From the human T2T-CHM13v2.0 reference genome, Homo sapiens: 64,000 bases of DNA. A model generated the notes under the pieces. That model did not search any database. It had not been told where the DNA came from and was given only the letters and a program-made list of their open reading frames with translations. Positions 12,857 through 26,619 of this stretch are shown one piece after another. Location of the stretch: the NCBI RefSeq assembly GCF_009914755.1, contig NC_060937.1, one strand, 5' to 3'. The position numbers and the translations under genes were made by a program. How positions within the stretch are numbered: the stretch's first letter is position 1; every line of letters begins with the position of its first letter.

Positions 12857-13199
12857 TATAGATACACAATTTCATATACTTCCTACAGAACTACCCAGTG
12901 CTATGGTCATGCTAGTCACCATCTCCCAACAATGATTTCTGTCCTTACTTGATTCCTTAAGTACAAACTTAGTAGCCTCTTTTCATTCTTCACCTCAATA
13001 ACTCTCTTCAACCCTTGAACACCTTAACCACCCCCTCTCCAATGAAATGATCATCTGTCTATTTGGTATCATCCAAATATCTCCCTTACTGTGAAATCTA
13101 CGTTTGGGATGCCTGATTCACACTTAACAGACATACAGACACTTAACTTACAGACTTACAGACGCTTAACTGCCTAACAGACAGTGTCAGCTCAATCAG

Positions 13200-14230
13200 T
13201 CACAAGTTCATTCATTTGGTCATAAGTTCATCCAACAAACATCATTCTCCCTTAGTTACATTGGCCATTTGCCTAGAAAAACAAATACAAGACAATATCT
13301 GTCCTGTACTGAGGGAAACAAGTATGTAAACATTGAATCTAATGAATTTGAAGAATACAATCAGGGAATGTAAAAGTCACTTGTAAATTTGACCTTGAGG
13401 GTGGAGGCTCAGGAAAAAGACAAAAATAACTTCAAAGAGAGGATGATTGTGTTGGGCTGAGTCTTAATAAATAAATGCTCACCCTCCCTGAGGTGAGTAC
13501 TTTTCTTGCTGAAGAAGTGAGTGTGCTCAAGGAGGTGTGAAGTAAGCAAGATGTTGTTTTGAGAGAAGTAGGCATTTCATTTAGGCATACCTAAAGGAAA
13601 GTCAGAATGGAGCCAGCCAATGCCCAGAGAAATCTGGGAACGAAGAGGAAGAAGAGTCATATTTTAGAGGCTCTGTTGAGAAATATTAAACAGCTCAATC
13701 TGACTCAGAGAAGAATGGAAAGATTACCAATGCTTTTTTCTGGGAAGCATGATGTCCACGTGTTCATTTTATAAAGGCAATTCTTCAGAATATTCCTGTA
13801 TATTCTACAGGAACTGTATCTGTCCAAAATATATTTCCTTTCCAACTTTGTTTTTCCTAATTTCTTTCAGCATGTTTTTTTGTCTGGGCAGCCTCAGTGG
13901 AAACCCAGTTGTCTTTGAGACTAGCCTAGATTTCTCCTTCAACTATCTACGTTAGTTGTCATAGAAAGTCAACTCTACCCTCAAATTTCTCTTTAATCCA
14001 CTCCTTCCTCTCTATCCCCAGTGAAAATTTCCTATCTTAGCTTGTAAGAATCCCTTACTTAAAAGATTGCACGATTTTTTTTTCTAACTTTACTCATGTC
14101 TTAATCCCTTCTAGTTTATCACCTTCCCTGTCACCAAGGTTGCTGTTTTAAATTAATTTTATCACAACACTCTCCTGTTGGCTTATTACTGGACAAAATC
14201 CAAACTCATCAGCATGAGTTTGTCAAGATT
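13200..14230. mobile_element. L2 LINE fragments
   Basis: ttcattcatt/caacaaacat 3'-end motif; atcacaacactctcctg...ggacaaaatccaaactc typical of L2; boundaries approximate. Confidence 0.45.
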
Positions 14231-14576
14231 TGTTTCTCTCTCGGACCTCAAAATTCTGGTTCTTAAACCACAGTTCTGGCCTTGCTAAAAAATGTTCTGG
14301 AGTACTATCAGGTGAAAATAAAATTCAACACTTACATGTGCCTGTTTACTCTATGCAAGCATTTGGTATTTGCTATTATGATTACCAAAAGCTATAGATG
14401 TTGATGAAACCAAGAGAGGAAATTAAATAGATCAAACATAAAGCTATAATTAATGAACTGGAAAATAGATTAAAGACACATCGACAGAACTGAGTTGTCT
14501 GAAACATGTATGAAAATACAGGGTGCACATACAAAAATTACAAACCCCAGAATATAACATATAGAGTGATCGATAG

Positions 14577-14960
14577 TGATATGGTTTGGCTCTGTGTCCC
14601 CACCCAAATCTCATCTGGTAGTTCCCATAATTTCCACCTGTTGCAGGAAGGACCCAGTGGGAGATGATTGAATCATTGGGGCAGATCTTTCCCATGCTGT
14701 TCTTGTGATAGTAAATGGGTCTCAGGAGATCTGATGGTTTGAGAAAGGGGAGTTTCTCTGCAGAAGCTCTCTTTTTGCCTGCCACCATCCACGTAAGATG
14801 TGACTTGCCCCGCATTGTCTTCTGCCATGATTGTGAGGCCTCCCCAGCCATGTGGAACTGTAAGTCCAATTAAACCTCTTTTATTTATTTATTTATTTGT
14901 TTTGTAAATTGCCCAGTCTCCGGTGTTTCTTTATACGCAGCGTGAAAATGGAGTAATACA
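14577..14960 (+). mobile_element. THE1 solo LTR (THE1A/B-like)
   Basis: TGATATGGTTTGGCTCTGTGTCCCCACCCAAATCTCATC...gtaagtccaattaaacctcttt...gagtaatACA; 5-bp TSD gatag/gataa. Confidence 0.95.
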
Positions 14961-16706
14961 GATAACACAAGAATTCTTTAAAATTTCTTGACCACAGGCA
15001 GTTTTGACAGGAAATGAGCCTTGCAGTATGGTAAGTCACATCTAAATTTCACCTATATTACCTTATCATCAGTTCATCTTCTCCTTTTTCATGGATAAGC
15101 AATACTTAAGGCTGAGTTTCTTCAACTGATGTCAATGAAAAATAATCCATTATCTGTAAATAGTACAGTACTTCTATTTCAGCATATTAGTTTAACTAAC
15201 AATGAAAAGAGTAGCTCTTGATTTCTGCACAAGGAAAAGTCAAACAGATTATATGCTGAAGATCTAATGACAATTTCATTTGTCTTGATTTTGAGCCTTT
15301 GCCTGCTAATTCCATTTGAATTTCCACTCACCTGTATCTACTGAAGTTTTGCTTTGCCAGCTGAAGTGAGAACTGAGAAGCAGCTTTTCCTTAGCACACG
15401 TAAGACCTTTAATAGGGAGCAAACACATTATTATCATGTCTCAGTCATTCCAATTTGATTTTCTCAACCACATCTAAGCACTTGGCACTGGACTGCTCTC
15501 TGTCCTTGGTACATACGGTCTATTTTTGGAACCAAATCGAATTTAGCTATTTCTAAGTGCTGATCAACAAACCAGTGTCTTTGCATAATGACATTGTATT
15601 TGTCCATGTCAAATGAAAAGAAAGAAAAGTTGACTTAGTACAATTTTTCCTAAAGCTAAATGTATTTATTGTTAAGGACTTTAAAGGCTGAGATTATTTC
15701 CTTTCTAATTTTTTGTACTGAAATGCCTTTCCTTCCATAAAAAAGGAATAATGAAAAATTTTACTTTGGGTTGGTAGAATCTAGGTTTTTTGGTTGTTTG
15801 TTTGTTTGTTTTTGTTTTTAGAATCTTGTTTGAAAAAAGTAAATGTTGCCAACCCAGCTACTCCTCTCCCATTGATTTTGAGTTGTACCATTCTGTGAAA
15901 TATTTAAGAATTCTTTTAGTATCCATTAACAATGATCCTGATCCTATCATTTACAATAAGCATTTGAGGGCCTTTGCCAAGTTTCTTTTCTTCAGAACAA
16001 ATAGGACACCATTCCTTTACCTTTAACTTACAGCCCTTTTAAGTGACTTTCCTTGGGCTTGGCATTCACAGGTGCTCTTTCTTTCTCTTACTCAAGGTAT
16101 CAGAAGCTTTGATTCTAGTTCCACTAACTCATTTTTAATAGGTTGTGCTACAGTAAATACATCAAGAAAATATGTATACGTTATTGTACATACATAAAAA
16201 TGTGCATTATATGGGTGATCAAATCATGTGTTAATTATTGTCTATTAGTAAGTTTAAATTCCTGTGCTATGGCTCATTGTCATCAAGACTATATTCTTGA
16301 TGTTAATCATCCCTAAAAGGAGTGGATGGTGATTGGCTAAAGCAATCAGTTCCTTTCACTTGAGGGATTTGAATATAATATTTGCTTAATTAAATATATC
16401 TGTGCTTAGAGTGCTCCAAAAATGTCACAATCTGATGGGTAAGACAAATAAGTAGCATAATAAATATGGAAAATGTCATAATGGGCAATATATACACATG
16501 GAAGGACAGAGCAGAGAGAGTCAGATATGGCCCATCATCAGTACTGGGAAATCTATGAACATGTATTTATTACTAATGAGGGACAAGTTTCCATCTTGGT
16601 TCAAATCAAACTGCTTAAATTTGATCAAATTAAGTACATGTTTTTGTACAATAAATTCTGAATTTAAGATAAGGACTAGGTAAACTTAATTGAGGTTAAG
16701 TTATTC

Positions 16707-17010
<304 letters not shown>

Positions 17011-17079
17011 TATTCTTAATATACAATAGAATTAAGAAAGATGGAAAAAGATCAAGTAACTGAGACTAGTCTTTCATTC

Positions 17080-17600
17080 ATCTGTTGGGAGTCTAGGATT
17101 GTGGAGTTCAGTTAACTTGTTGCACCCTCAGCCTCAGGCATGTATCATTCCTTTCTACTTGTTCGTAATCATGGCACCTCAACCACTCTCTATCTTTGAC
17201 TCTACTGCCACTCAATATTATTTCTTAGCTGACTCTTCTTATGTCTTGAGTTAAAACTTCCCAAGAGAAATCTAGTTGGCACATTCATTAACCAGGTAAA
17301 ATAGAAAGCTACCTGTAGTCAGATGTCCAACACCGATCCAATCTGTTGTGGCAAGAATGATGAATCATTGTTATAGAAATGGGCAGGGAACTCTTCAGAG
17401 TCAGCTCTCTCAGTCTGACAGGCACCCTAAGGGGGATAGTATAACTGAAGGGGAAGAAATAAAGTTTAAGTATGTCCCAGAACTGTATGTGCTCGACAGA
17501 ATCTGCTTGCTTTTCCTGCTGAGCACACAGCCAGACTACACTTCTCACACATACTTAACACTAGATGTGGCCATGGTGCTTAAGATCTGGCCAATATAAC
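17080..17600. mobile_element. Old MLT1 (MaLR) LTR fragments
   Basis: cttcctgctgagcacacagccagactacacttc...tgtggccatg...tctggccaat resembles MLT1I/J; boundaries uncertain. Confidence 0.45.
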
Positions 17601-18090
17601 GTGCCAGAGCTTTTTCTATTCTATGTGAATGCTTACAAAACCTGACCTGCGAAACCTGACCTGCAAACATCATAGTATTTTTTCTCATCTTCTGACTGAA
17701 TGAACAGGACTTGAAAAACCTAGAGATGAAAGAAATTACAAAACTCAAAGTGCATGATTCTCTAAGTTATCAAGTGGAAGTTTGTGTGCTTGGATTCTGT
17801 CATTAATAAGTAACAAAGTTCTTATCATGTTAAAAGAAAGTTGACATTAAGGCATTATTTATTATAGTGATTAGCTTATGTTTATTAATACTTAAATAAT
17901 TTAGCTTACCTAGGACAGAGTCATCACACCTTATAATAAAGTAATTATTTAGATCAAAATGTTAATCTTTAAGAAATTATACTTATTTGGTCTTACACAT
18001 TCTTCCAACAAAGGTCTCATTCCAAATGTGTGTCGTGTGATATCATGCATATCATAAATACTATTTTTCCTCTAAAAACAAGCTACAGTG

Positions 18091-18285
18091 ACCTTTAGCA
18101 AACTGAGAGACAAATCAGGTCTGTGACCTGCTTTTGTGCATCTGGTGAGCTAATTTTTTTAAATCATTTTTAAAGATTGTGAGAAAAAATAAAAATATAA
18201 GACCATATATGTCCTGAAAAACCTAAAATTTGTACAAAATATGTACTATCCTGGTCTTTCATGCACAAAATATTTACCAACTCCA
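18091..18285. mobile_element. MER58-like hAT-Charlie DNA transposon
   Basis: agcaaact...caaatc...cctgcttttgt...gtgagctaa...aaacctaaaat...tactatcctggtcttt. Confidence 0.6.
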
Positions 18286-18780
18286 AAGCTAGAGCAATAA
18301 TTTTGTTACCAAATCTGGTGAAATCAATAGCTAGCTTCATTTAATTAAGAGATCCATTTTGATAAACATAATGGTAGCTTTAAAGATGTCTGAGAGACCC
18401 CAGTAGTGTATTTAACAGTTATGCAAGAAATAATATCCCGGTTATTTCAGGAAAAATCATTTTTACAAAATTCTAATTTCACAAGAGTTAATATTGTTAT
18501 CAAGAAAAGTCTTGAGTGTCTTTTCAGCCATACTATTAATGAATATGATGTGAATAAACTGATATTTCCATGATGTATATTTCAAAATATCAATGATGTT
18601 AGCATCATATTCACACAATTTGGAAAAAAACACACTACATGAAAGATATACTTTTACATTTGTTCATGGGAAGAAATCCATTTGTGCCATCAGAAACAGA
18701 AACTAAATAATTGTACATTTTCCAACCCTAATGGCAATGTAATTGATGACGACAGATACACAGAACTAAGATACGTAAGA

Positions 18781-18822
18781 ATAGATATATATATATATAT
18801 ACACATATACATATATATATAT
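18781..18822. repeat. (TA)n microsatellite
   Basis: Direct reading. Confidence 0.85.
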
Positions 18823-19245
18823 AATTAGATGGTTAATGTTTAATCAGTAGAAGTATCTTCAAAATTCAAGTATCAGACATGCATGGAGTTCCTTGTAACA
18901 CAAAGATTCCAATTCAGAGTTCAAAAATACTGAAATGAGGAACAGGATGGAGAGTTTGTTGTTTTTGTTTAGGGTTTCCCCCCATTCTCTGTGGATTAGC
19001 TAAATATTGGTATTATTATTTGACATGAATGAGGGCTTTGGAGGAAGGATAAGCAGATAAGAAAGGTGGGGTGTTATCCACGTCCTAAATGTTTAACTGA
19101 GTAGCAGATTTTACAAAGTCTGTGATCATTTGGACAGATTGAAGACATCTCATAGAATAAACTTATGACACTGCATTAAGCAGTCACCAGATATTAGCTC
19201 CAGGTAGTCTAATAAATTTTCCCCTTTTAAAAGGCATATTTTAAA

Positions 19246-19697
19246 ATTTATTTTCTATTTTTTTAACTTTTATTTGGAATCCAGAGTGTGCATGTGCACG
19301 TTTGTTACATGGCAGTATTGAGTGATGCTGTAGTTTGGGGTACGGATGATCCCGTTCCCCAGGTCATGAGCATAAAACTCATTAGGTAGTTTTTCAGCCT
19401 AGGCCTCCTCCTTCTCTCCCCTCTCTAACAGTTCCCAGTGTCTATGGATGCCATTTTTATGTCCATGTGTACTCATAGTTTAGCTCCCACTTATAAGTGG
19501 GACCATACAGTTTTCAGTTTTCTGTTCTTGTGTCAATTTGCTTAGGATAATGGTCTCCAGCTCCATCCATGTTACTGCATAGGACATGATTTCATTCCTT
19601 TTTGGCCACATGGTATTCCATGGTGTCAGTATATCATGTTCTCTTTATCTAATTCACGATGGATACACACCTAGGTAGATTCCATGTCTTTGCTATA
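19246..19697 (-). mobile_element. 5'-truncated L1 3' end (L1PA15/16-L1PB age)
   Basis: tttgttacat...gatgatcccg...tttagctcccacttataagtg...ttccatgtctttgctat. Confidence 0.88.
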
Positions 19698-19808
19698 AAT
19701 AATAATTTTTTAAAAGCTTAAAATTTATTTAGAAGGAATTTGAAGGAAATAATTTCATACGATACATATTGCTTTTAATTTTAAAAATCATTTATTATTC
19801 TCTATCAC

Positions 19809-19845
19809 TATATATGTATGTGTGTGTGTGTGTGTATATATATAT
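19809..19845. repeat. (TG)n(TA)n microsatellite
   Basis: Direct reading. Confidence 0.85.
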
Positions 19846-21124
19846 GATACATTTTAGTTCCAAATCAGAACACATTCCTTTACTGATTTATTTACACTAA
19901 TAAAAATAGGCGATGATTAAAATAATGGCAAGCTTTTCTATAATTTTACTTCTTAGTTGTTATTTTCTTGTCAGTTTTCACGGCTGATTTTTTCCCCTGA
20001 AATAGACAATTTGTTATGAGACACAAAGCACTTAAAATTTCTATTTAAATACAATTTATTCTGAGTAAATAGCATTAGACTCTGTATTATTCTGAAACAG
20101 AATGTTAGCCCGTCGAAACCATATTATGCATATAACAAAAGATTACATTGATATAAATATGTACACATGAGAACATGTATTTCAGAGAGATTTATATTTT
20201 ATCAATGTGTTGGTGTGATGTTTCAGGACTCCTTAAGTATTGGCAGGCTGCTTTCATACCTCTTGTAATGCTCTATGACCCTGGTTTTGCAGATAGAAGG
20301 AGAAGTTTTCATTGAAAATAGGAATGGGTATTGTAAAATGCTACAAATTGACAAGATTTTTGTTTCTTCTATTTCTTATAAAAAGCATTATATGCAAAGC
20401 CACTTTTTTGAAGCTAGAATAAGAAAACAACTCCATGGCCTAGTTCCCATGATTTCACAGACAGAGTGGGATTAGTAAAATATTTTAAGATTCTGTAAAC
20501 CAGCCACAGAACAATGAAGGACAGCATTATTAAAAATAAGTCTCTGGAAAAGGCCTCAAGAGAATTGATATGCCAGAAGTTTACAAATAGAAAATTAGCT
20601 TGTCAAGTTTTCAAATGGCCAAGTAGATGTTCACAGTTACGCTTAATTGACTAAGGATGTTCAAGGGGAGGACTTTTTAGATTATACTTAAATGGACATT
20701 TTACAGTGGTCTCAGGGTATAGGAAAGAAGAACCACAAGATAGAATTTTCTGTTAAACATAATTAGATATTAATTACATGGAACCCAATGAGTAACACAT
20801 TTCAGATGATGCTTATTAATTCTTTTAGATCCTTTAGGTTTGTTCACCTAGTTAGCTACAATTTCAGTCTTACACTTCTCTTCACAACCCAGATTTAACC
20901 CTGTTATGCTCATATTTATAAGAGTTCTTTGCCACCTACATGACCAAAACAATAGATATTTTCAAGTATAATGTTTCCCAACTTCCTATAGTTCCAAAAG
21001 GTCCCATGATCCTTGTTTATCTTTTTCTACTTCCTCTTGGTCTCAGAGTAAGAGACGCTCCTCTTTCTGTCTATAAAATGCCCTAATATCTGCTTTTGAT
21101 CTAATGTTTTCCCAACTTTTCTTA

Positions 21125-21228
21125 TGAAGGAAGGAATAATGAAGGAAGGAAAGATGGAAGGAGGAGAGAGGGATAGAAGAGGGTGGGAATGGGGGTATGG
21201 AGAAGGGAGAGAGAGGGAGGGATAAGGA
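21125..21228. repeat. GA-rich low-complexity tract
   Basis: gaaggaagg...gagagagggagg. Confidence 0.75.
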
Positions 21229-21924
21229 CACCACTCTCTTTTGGATATTTTTTTCTGAAGATTTACTTCTCATCTTATTCTCAGTTTATCATCTAATAGA
21301 TGATGTCTCTATATTCTCATAACCTATTCTATCCACAGTCAACTAAAATATTGCTCACACCAAAGGATACTATTAATGCTTGCCCATAAAATATTTTCAA
21401 GTCTTATGTATGCGTATTCTATGAAACATTTAATAAGTTGATTGTGTGCTAGCACACAAGATTTTTGTGTCAAATCATGGCCAATGGAATCAGCGATTTT
21501 ACTGATTGTTAAGTTTGATTAATAATCCCAATGCTCATCTGAAGAAGAGAGATCTGGGATACCAAGGGTACCTCCTCAGGTCCTGTCTTCTGTACTAGAT
21601 ATGCACCTCTGGTTCAGGATAACAGATGAGGTTGCTGATGAGATCTATGATTACCTAACACAGCAGGATTATTTAAATTATGAACATCTCTATTTTATAC
21701 CCAGTTAAGAGTTGTATAGTTTGTGTAACATTCTCTGGGAAGCTGTTTCATATAAATTTTGAATTCTAATTCTTGTAGGTATTTCTTAGCCAGGAACACC
21801 TTGCTTAGAATATTTCAGAGATAAGTCCTTTTCCTGGTGAAGAGATTATACCAGGACACCTGCCAATCTGCCCTTTTCTTCCTTGGAAATTGAGTTCCTG
21901 ATGAAAGGAATGAAAGGGTCATAG

Positions 21925-22405
<481 letters not shown>

Positions 22406-22847
22406 TTCTTTACCATTTCTTAAATGTTATTCCATAGGATTCTGTTTTCAGGGTCCCTTCTGTTATTTTCTCTCCTTACACTACATTTTTATAGGTGATA
22501 TTTACTTTTTTTAATGCTGTTAACTATTACCCTGTACTGTGAGTCAAAATGTATTTTTCTAAACTGTATAGAGAGTTCCTGATCCGCATATAAAAGTAAG
22601 AGCTAAACAACTCTATTTAGATATATTAACAGCATCACGAGAGCAACACATTTTAGATGAAAAAGATGGTCTTCCTTCCATTCCCTGATCTGAGCTTTAT
22701 CAATTTACCATCATTATCAATAACAATGAGAAGATAATAGGCTGTTTTCTAATATGATTATCAATGTCAACTAGTATTCAATGATAAACATTGTTAAGCA
22801 TAACTTATCTATTGCTTTCTTTTGCCATTTATAATTATCTCTTTTAC

Positions 22848-22945
22848 TATCTCCATAGAATTTAAAGATAGTTATTATTACTTTAATTTTATATAATTTA
22901 ATATCTCCATGGAATTTAAAGATAGTCATTATTTCAATTTTGTAG
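22848..22945. repeat. 54-bp-period imperfect tandem duplication
   Basis: tatctccatagaatttaaagatagttattatt at 22848 vs tatctccatggaatttaaagatagtcattatt at 22902. Confidence 0.9.
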
Positions 22946-23050
22946 AAATAATGTAGAAATTGAGACTCAGACAGTTTAAATGATTTATGCAAAGCCTGTC
23001 AAAAAATGGCAGAACAAGAACTTGAACAGAGCTAACTCCAAAGATACATA
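22930..23050 (-). mobile_element. MIR remnant
   Basis: gaaattgagactcagacagtttaaatgattt...tggcagaacaagaacttgaac. Confidence 0.65.
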
Positions 23051-24215
23051 CATTCATGTCTTGCCAACAGAACTACCTACTGATCTGCTCTATATACAAC
23101 GCGGAGATATTGAGCAGGAAATTGCTAAGGTATCAGCAGCCTAGGTCCCTGAGCTTCGTACATGTTGGTGTGTTTTTGAAAGATTTGGGTGAGCTTCAAG
23201 GAAGTAGAGGGTATAAATGCTAACAACGTGTCTTATGGCCTGGGGAGAGGAATAAGCAGGATTAGTGACCACCCTCAACTGAATATGTTAGGTCGAGTTC
23301 AAGCTAAGAATTTTTTAGCTTCTCAAACAAAGCAACATGAAATTCCAATGAGTTAAATAAGATTGAAGTTTATTACTCTCCTAGGTCCATCTCTGAGTGT
23401 TCAGGATGCTGGAATTTCTCTGCCATTTCTCAACATAATGATTTCAATCTTTGTGTTCATATTAGTAACCCCAGTTTTTGCTGTGTCCCAGCTAACAGGG
23501 ATGGGGGAAAGTGAAGTGCGGGAAACTTCCTTTTTAAGAATACAAACAAGTGCCCATATTACTTCTACTCACATCTCATCTCTGCAAACTTAATCACTGT
23601 TGTTCACTGAAAGGAAAAGGGAGATAATGTATGCTGGGGACAATTATTGTCTCTGCCACACTTTGAATGTATCCCTGAGAGGACATTCAAGAGGTATTAA
23701 ACAACCTAGAAACACAAACTGACTTGTTCAGACACAGTGACAGGTCCAGACATATGAGCAATTCAAACAACATGTATCTCTCGGGCAAACTTACATTTCA
23801 GACTTTATGCTGAAGAAAGTTACCCAGTGAGAACAGCCTGGAAACACTCCCTCTCCCACTCTGCAACCCACAAGCAGTTGTGATTCCATACTTACTCTTT
23901 ATTGCACACGAATGTTCTGGTCATCCTCACTCACTAATTAAGTGATCACATAATACACGATATTATATACAATGTATATAAAAGAAATACTAATAATGCC
24001 GAACGAATTGATCATTCTAGGTGCAATTTATTTTATGTATCTGGGCATGATCCAAATATGATATATATATATATAAACATCTAGACATGTTGTACAAACC
24101 ATGATTGTTATTTGAAAGATGTTGAAAATCACAGCTAATCAGGTATTTTGAGGCTACTTACAAGAATTTTATGTTTTTCTGACCACTTGTTTATTTAACA
24201 AATTTCCATCAATCT

Positions 24216-24846
24216 TGTATTCATGTTCTATTGCTGCATAAGAAGTTGCTGCAAACCTACCTTAAACTTAGCTTTGAACATCACACATTTAGTGTCTTAC
24301 AGATTTCAAGGTTCATGTGTCAGTCTTGGCTTAATTGGGTCATATGCTCAGTGCTTCACAAGGCTGTAATCAAGGTGAAGGTCAGAGGGAATTTGCTTTT
24401 GGAAGATTGACTGGTAAAGAATCAGCTTCCAAGCTTATTTGGGATGTTGGCAGAATTTATTTCATGAAGTTGTGTGACTGAGATCCTTTTCCTTGCTGGC
24501 TGTTGGCTGATGCTCTTAGCTCTTAGAAGCTGCCCCCAGGCTTTAGCCAGTGACTTACTTCACATGCCCCTTCAGCATGAGGTGGCTTACTTATTCAAGG
24601 CCAGCAGGAAAATCTCTCCTTCTCAAGTAGGCTCACATGGAATCTCATACAATATAATGAAATCTGTGGGTAACTATCCCATTACCTTGGCCATATAAAA
24701 TAATCAAAAGAATACCCCATTACCTGTGTTACACTCTGTTAAATAGGAATGAATCATAGGTGCTACCCTGCTACCAACTCTTAAAAAGAGAGGCTTACAC
24801 CAGAGTGTGGATTATTTTGGGTATTTCAAAATTCTACCTTCCCCAC
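24216..24846 (-). mobile_element. MLT1 (E/F/G-type) MaLR LTR
   Basis: tgtatt...ttctattgctgcataa...cacaaggctgtaatcaaggtg...cttccaagct...gttggcagaattt...attctacctt. Confidence 0.75.
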
Positions 24847-24858
24847 ATATTAACAAGT

Positions 24859-24862
<4 letters not shown>

Positions 24863-24918
<56 letters not shown>

Positions 24919-24940
24919 GTATATGCGTGTGTGTGTGCAT
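24863..24940. repeat. (TA)n(CA)n(TG)n compound microsatellite
   Basis: Direct reading. Confidence 0.92.
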
Positions 24941-25084
24941 ATCTCCAACATAATACAGTGCATGAAATTGATTATAATAATTTTGTAAACATGTGGGAAT
25001 ATTACAAAATTGACTTTGTAAGAGAATCTGATTATATACACTTACACCTATATTGAATTATATGTATATGTTCATGTATATATG

Positions 25085-25518
25085 TGTATTAGGGTTCTCT
25101 AGAAGGACGGAATGAATGGAATACATATATATATATATATATATAATGTTAACTCACATGATTACAAGCACCCATGATAGGTCTTCTGGAGGCTGAGGAG
25201 CAAATAGAGCCGGTCCGAGTTCCAAAACTGAAGAAATTGGAGTCCAGTGTTCCAGGCCAGGAAGCATCCAGCATGGGAGAAAGATGTAGGCTGGGAGGCT
25301 AGGCCAGTCTCTCTTTTGACATTTTTCTGCCTGCTTATATTCTAGCCTCAATGGCAGCTGATTAGATGGTGCCCACACAGATTAAGGGTGGGTCTGCCTT
25401 TCCCAGCCCACTGACTCAAAGGTTAATCTCCTTTGGCAACACCCTCACAGACACACTCAGGATTAATACTTTGTATCCTTCAATCCAGTCAAATTGACAC
25501 TTAGTATTAACCATCAGA
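25085..25518 (-). mobile_element. MLT2A LTR (3' LTR of HERV-L)
   Basis: tgtattagggttctctaga...ggaagcatccagcatgggagaaagatgtaggctggg...tcaatccagtcaaattgacacttagtattaaccatca. Confidence 0.93.
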
Positions 25519-26410
25519 AGTCCACCCCTTGTCAACTTGAATCCATACACATCTCCTAAGATCATATAGAATCTTCAAATGAAGACAATAATAAGGTCAT
25601 AATTACACCTAACATAATACAGCTATCCTTCCAACAACCAGAAACGCACCAATCCCCAACCCAAATATTATTACATATAGTTAACAATACTTACGTGTTG
25701 ATGTGAAGTCAATAAATCTTATATCACATGAGAAAGGAGAAAGGAAATAAAATGAAGATATTTTTTAGTACAATTATATACATGCAGAAACTTTTTTTTT
25801 TTTTTACAAAAGAAGGTGGAAATACTAATGACAATTAGAATCCTCCTTTCTGCAGCTGGTCACGTGGTCATAGCTGGTATTGATGACCACCTTGATGATA
25901 CCCATTCTGTATCCTCTTTGCCTTCAGAAAGCACTTCAGCAGGCCATGGTTTTATTTCCTGGTGGAGTGACCCACACCTTCATTCCTGAAGGGTCTGGGC
26001 CATTTGTAGTCCTGGCTGAATTGGGCTGTTGTAGTTTCCCATTGCCTTAATCACAGGTCACGGTAATTCTAAGTGATGTCCTAAGGGATCTCCTGTATTC
26101 CATGCATACTCTTCCTTACCTCCATTGTGGAGTAGCAGACTGATTTCATCGTGATAGTCCGGGTCAGTCATCCCAGCCAACACCGTAACTCCCTTCTTAG
26201 CCTGTTGACTTAAAGATAAGAGGAGCCCAAAGTGTCCAGGTGGCAATCTTAACTTCCAGTTTAATGGAATTGTTGTTGTGTCTCCTGGTGGCAGCATTCT
26301 TCCCGCTGTAACTAAGACCTCTAGGCCAGCAGAATGTAATGTTGCGGGAACAGGAAGCAAAAATTTGGCTAGTGGATCACTGGGGGTGATGGTGAGTGGT
26401 GCCACCTCCG
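25519..26410 (-). mobile_element. HERV-L internal 3' fragment (PPT, 3' untranslated region, dUTPase region)
   Basis: PPT-like aggggtggact on the minus strand abutting the LTR; sequence matches the remembered HERV-L 3' internal region; ends abruptly near 26410. Confidence 0.92.
25840..26410 (-). pseudogene. HERV-L dUTPase, disrupted
   Basis: ORF 26058..26432 encodes LPPGDTTTIPLNWKLRLPPGHFGLL...GVTVLAGMTDPDYHDEISLLLHNGG (dUTPase motif III, GVID.DY-like); premature TGA at 26058-26060 followed by an apparent 1-nt frameshift. Confidence 0.88.
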
Positions 26411-26456
26411 CTGTATGGATGTGCATATACATGCGTAAATAGATTTATTAACATGA

Positions 26457-26482
26457 ATATATATATATATATATATATATAT
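26457..26482. repeat. (TA)n microsatellite
   Basis: Direct reading. Confidence 0.9.
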
Positions 26483-26619
26483 CATGAGAAAGATTATTGA
26501 ACTAATTTATTTTCTAACTTGAAAGAGTGAAATTATTTATTGTGATTATAGTGAAATACATAAATGTATTCATATTGTGATAGTAACTCAATACATTAGA
26601 ACAATATTTATTCCTCTGT

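Noticed and set aside
14450-14869. 139-aa minus-strand ORF
   Set aside because: Antisense reading of the THE1 LTR
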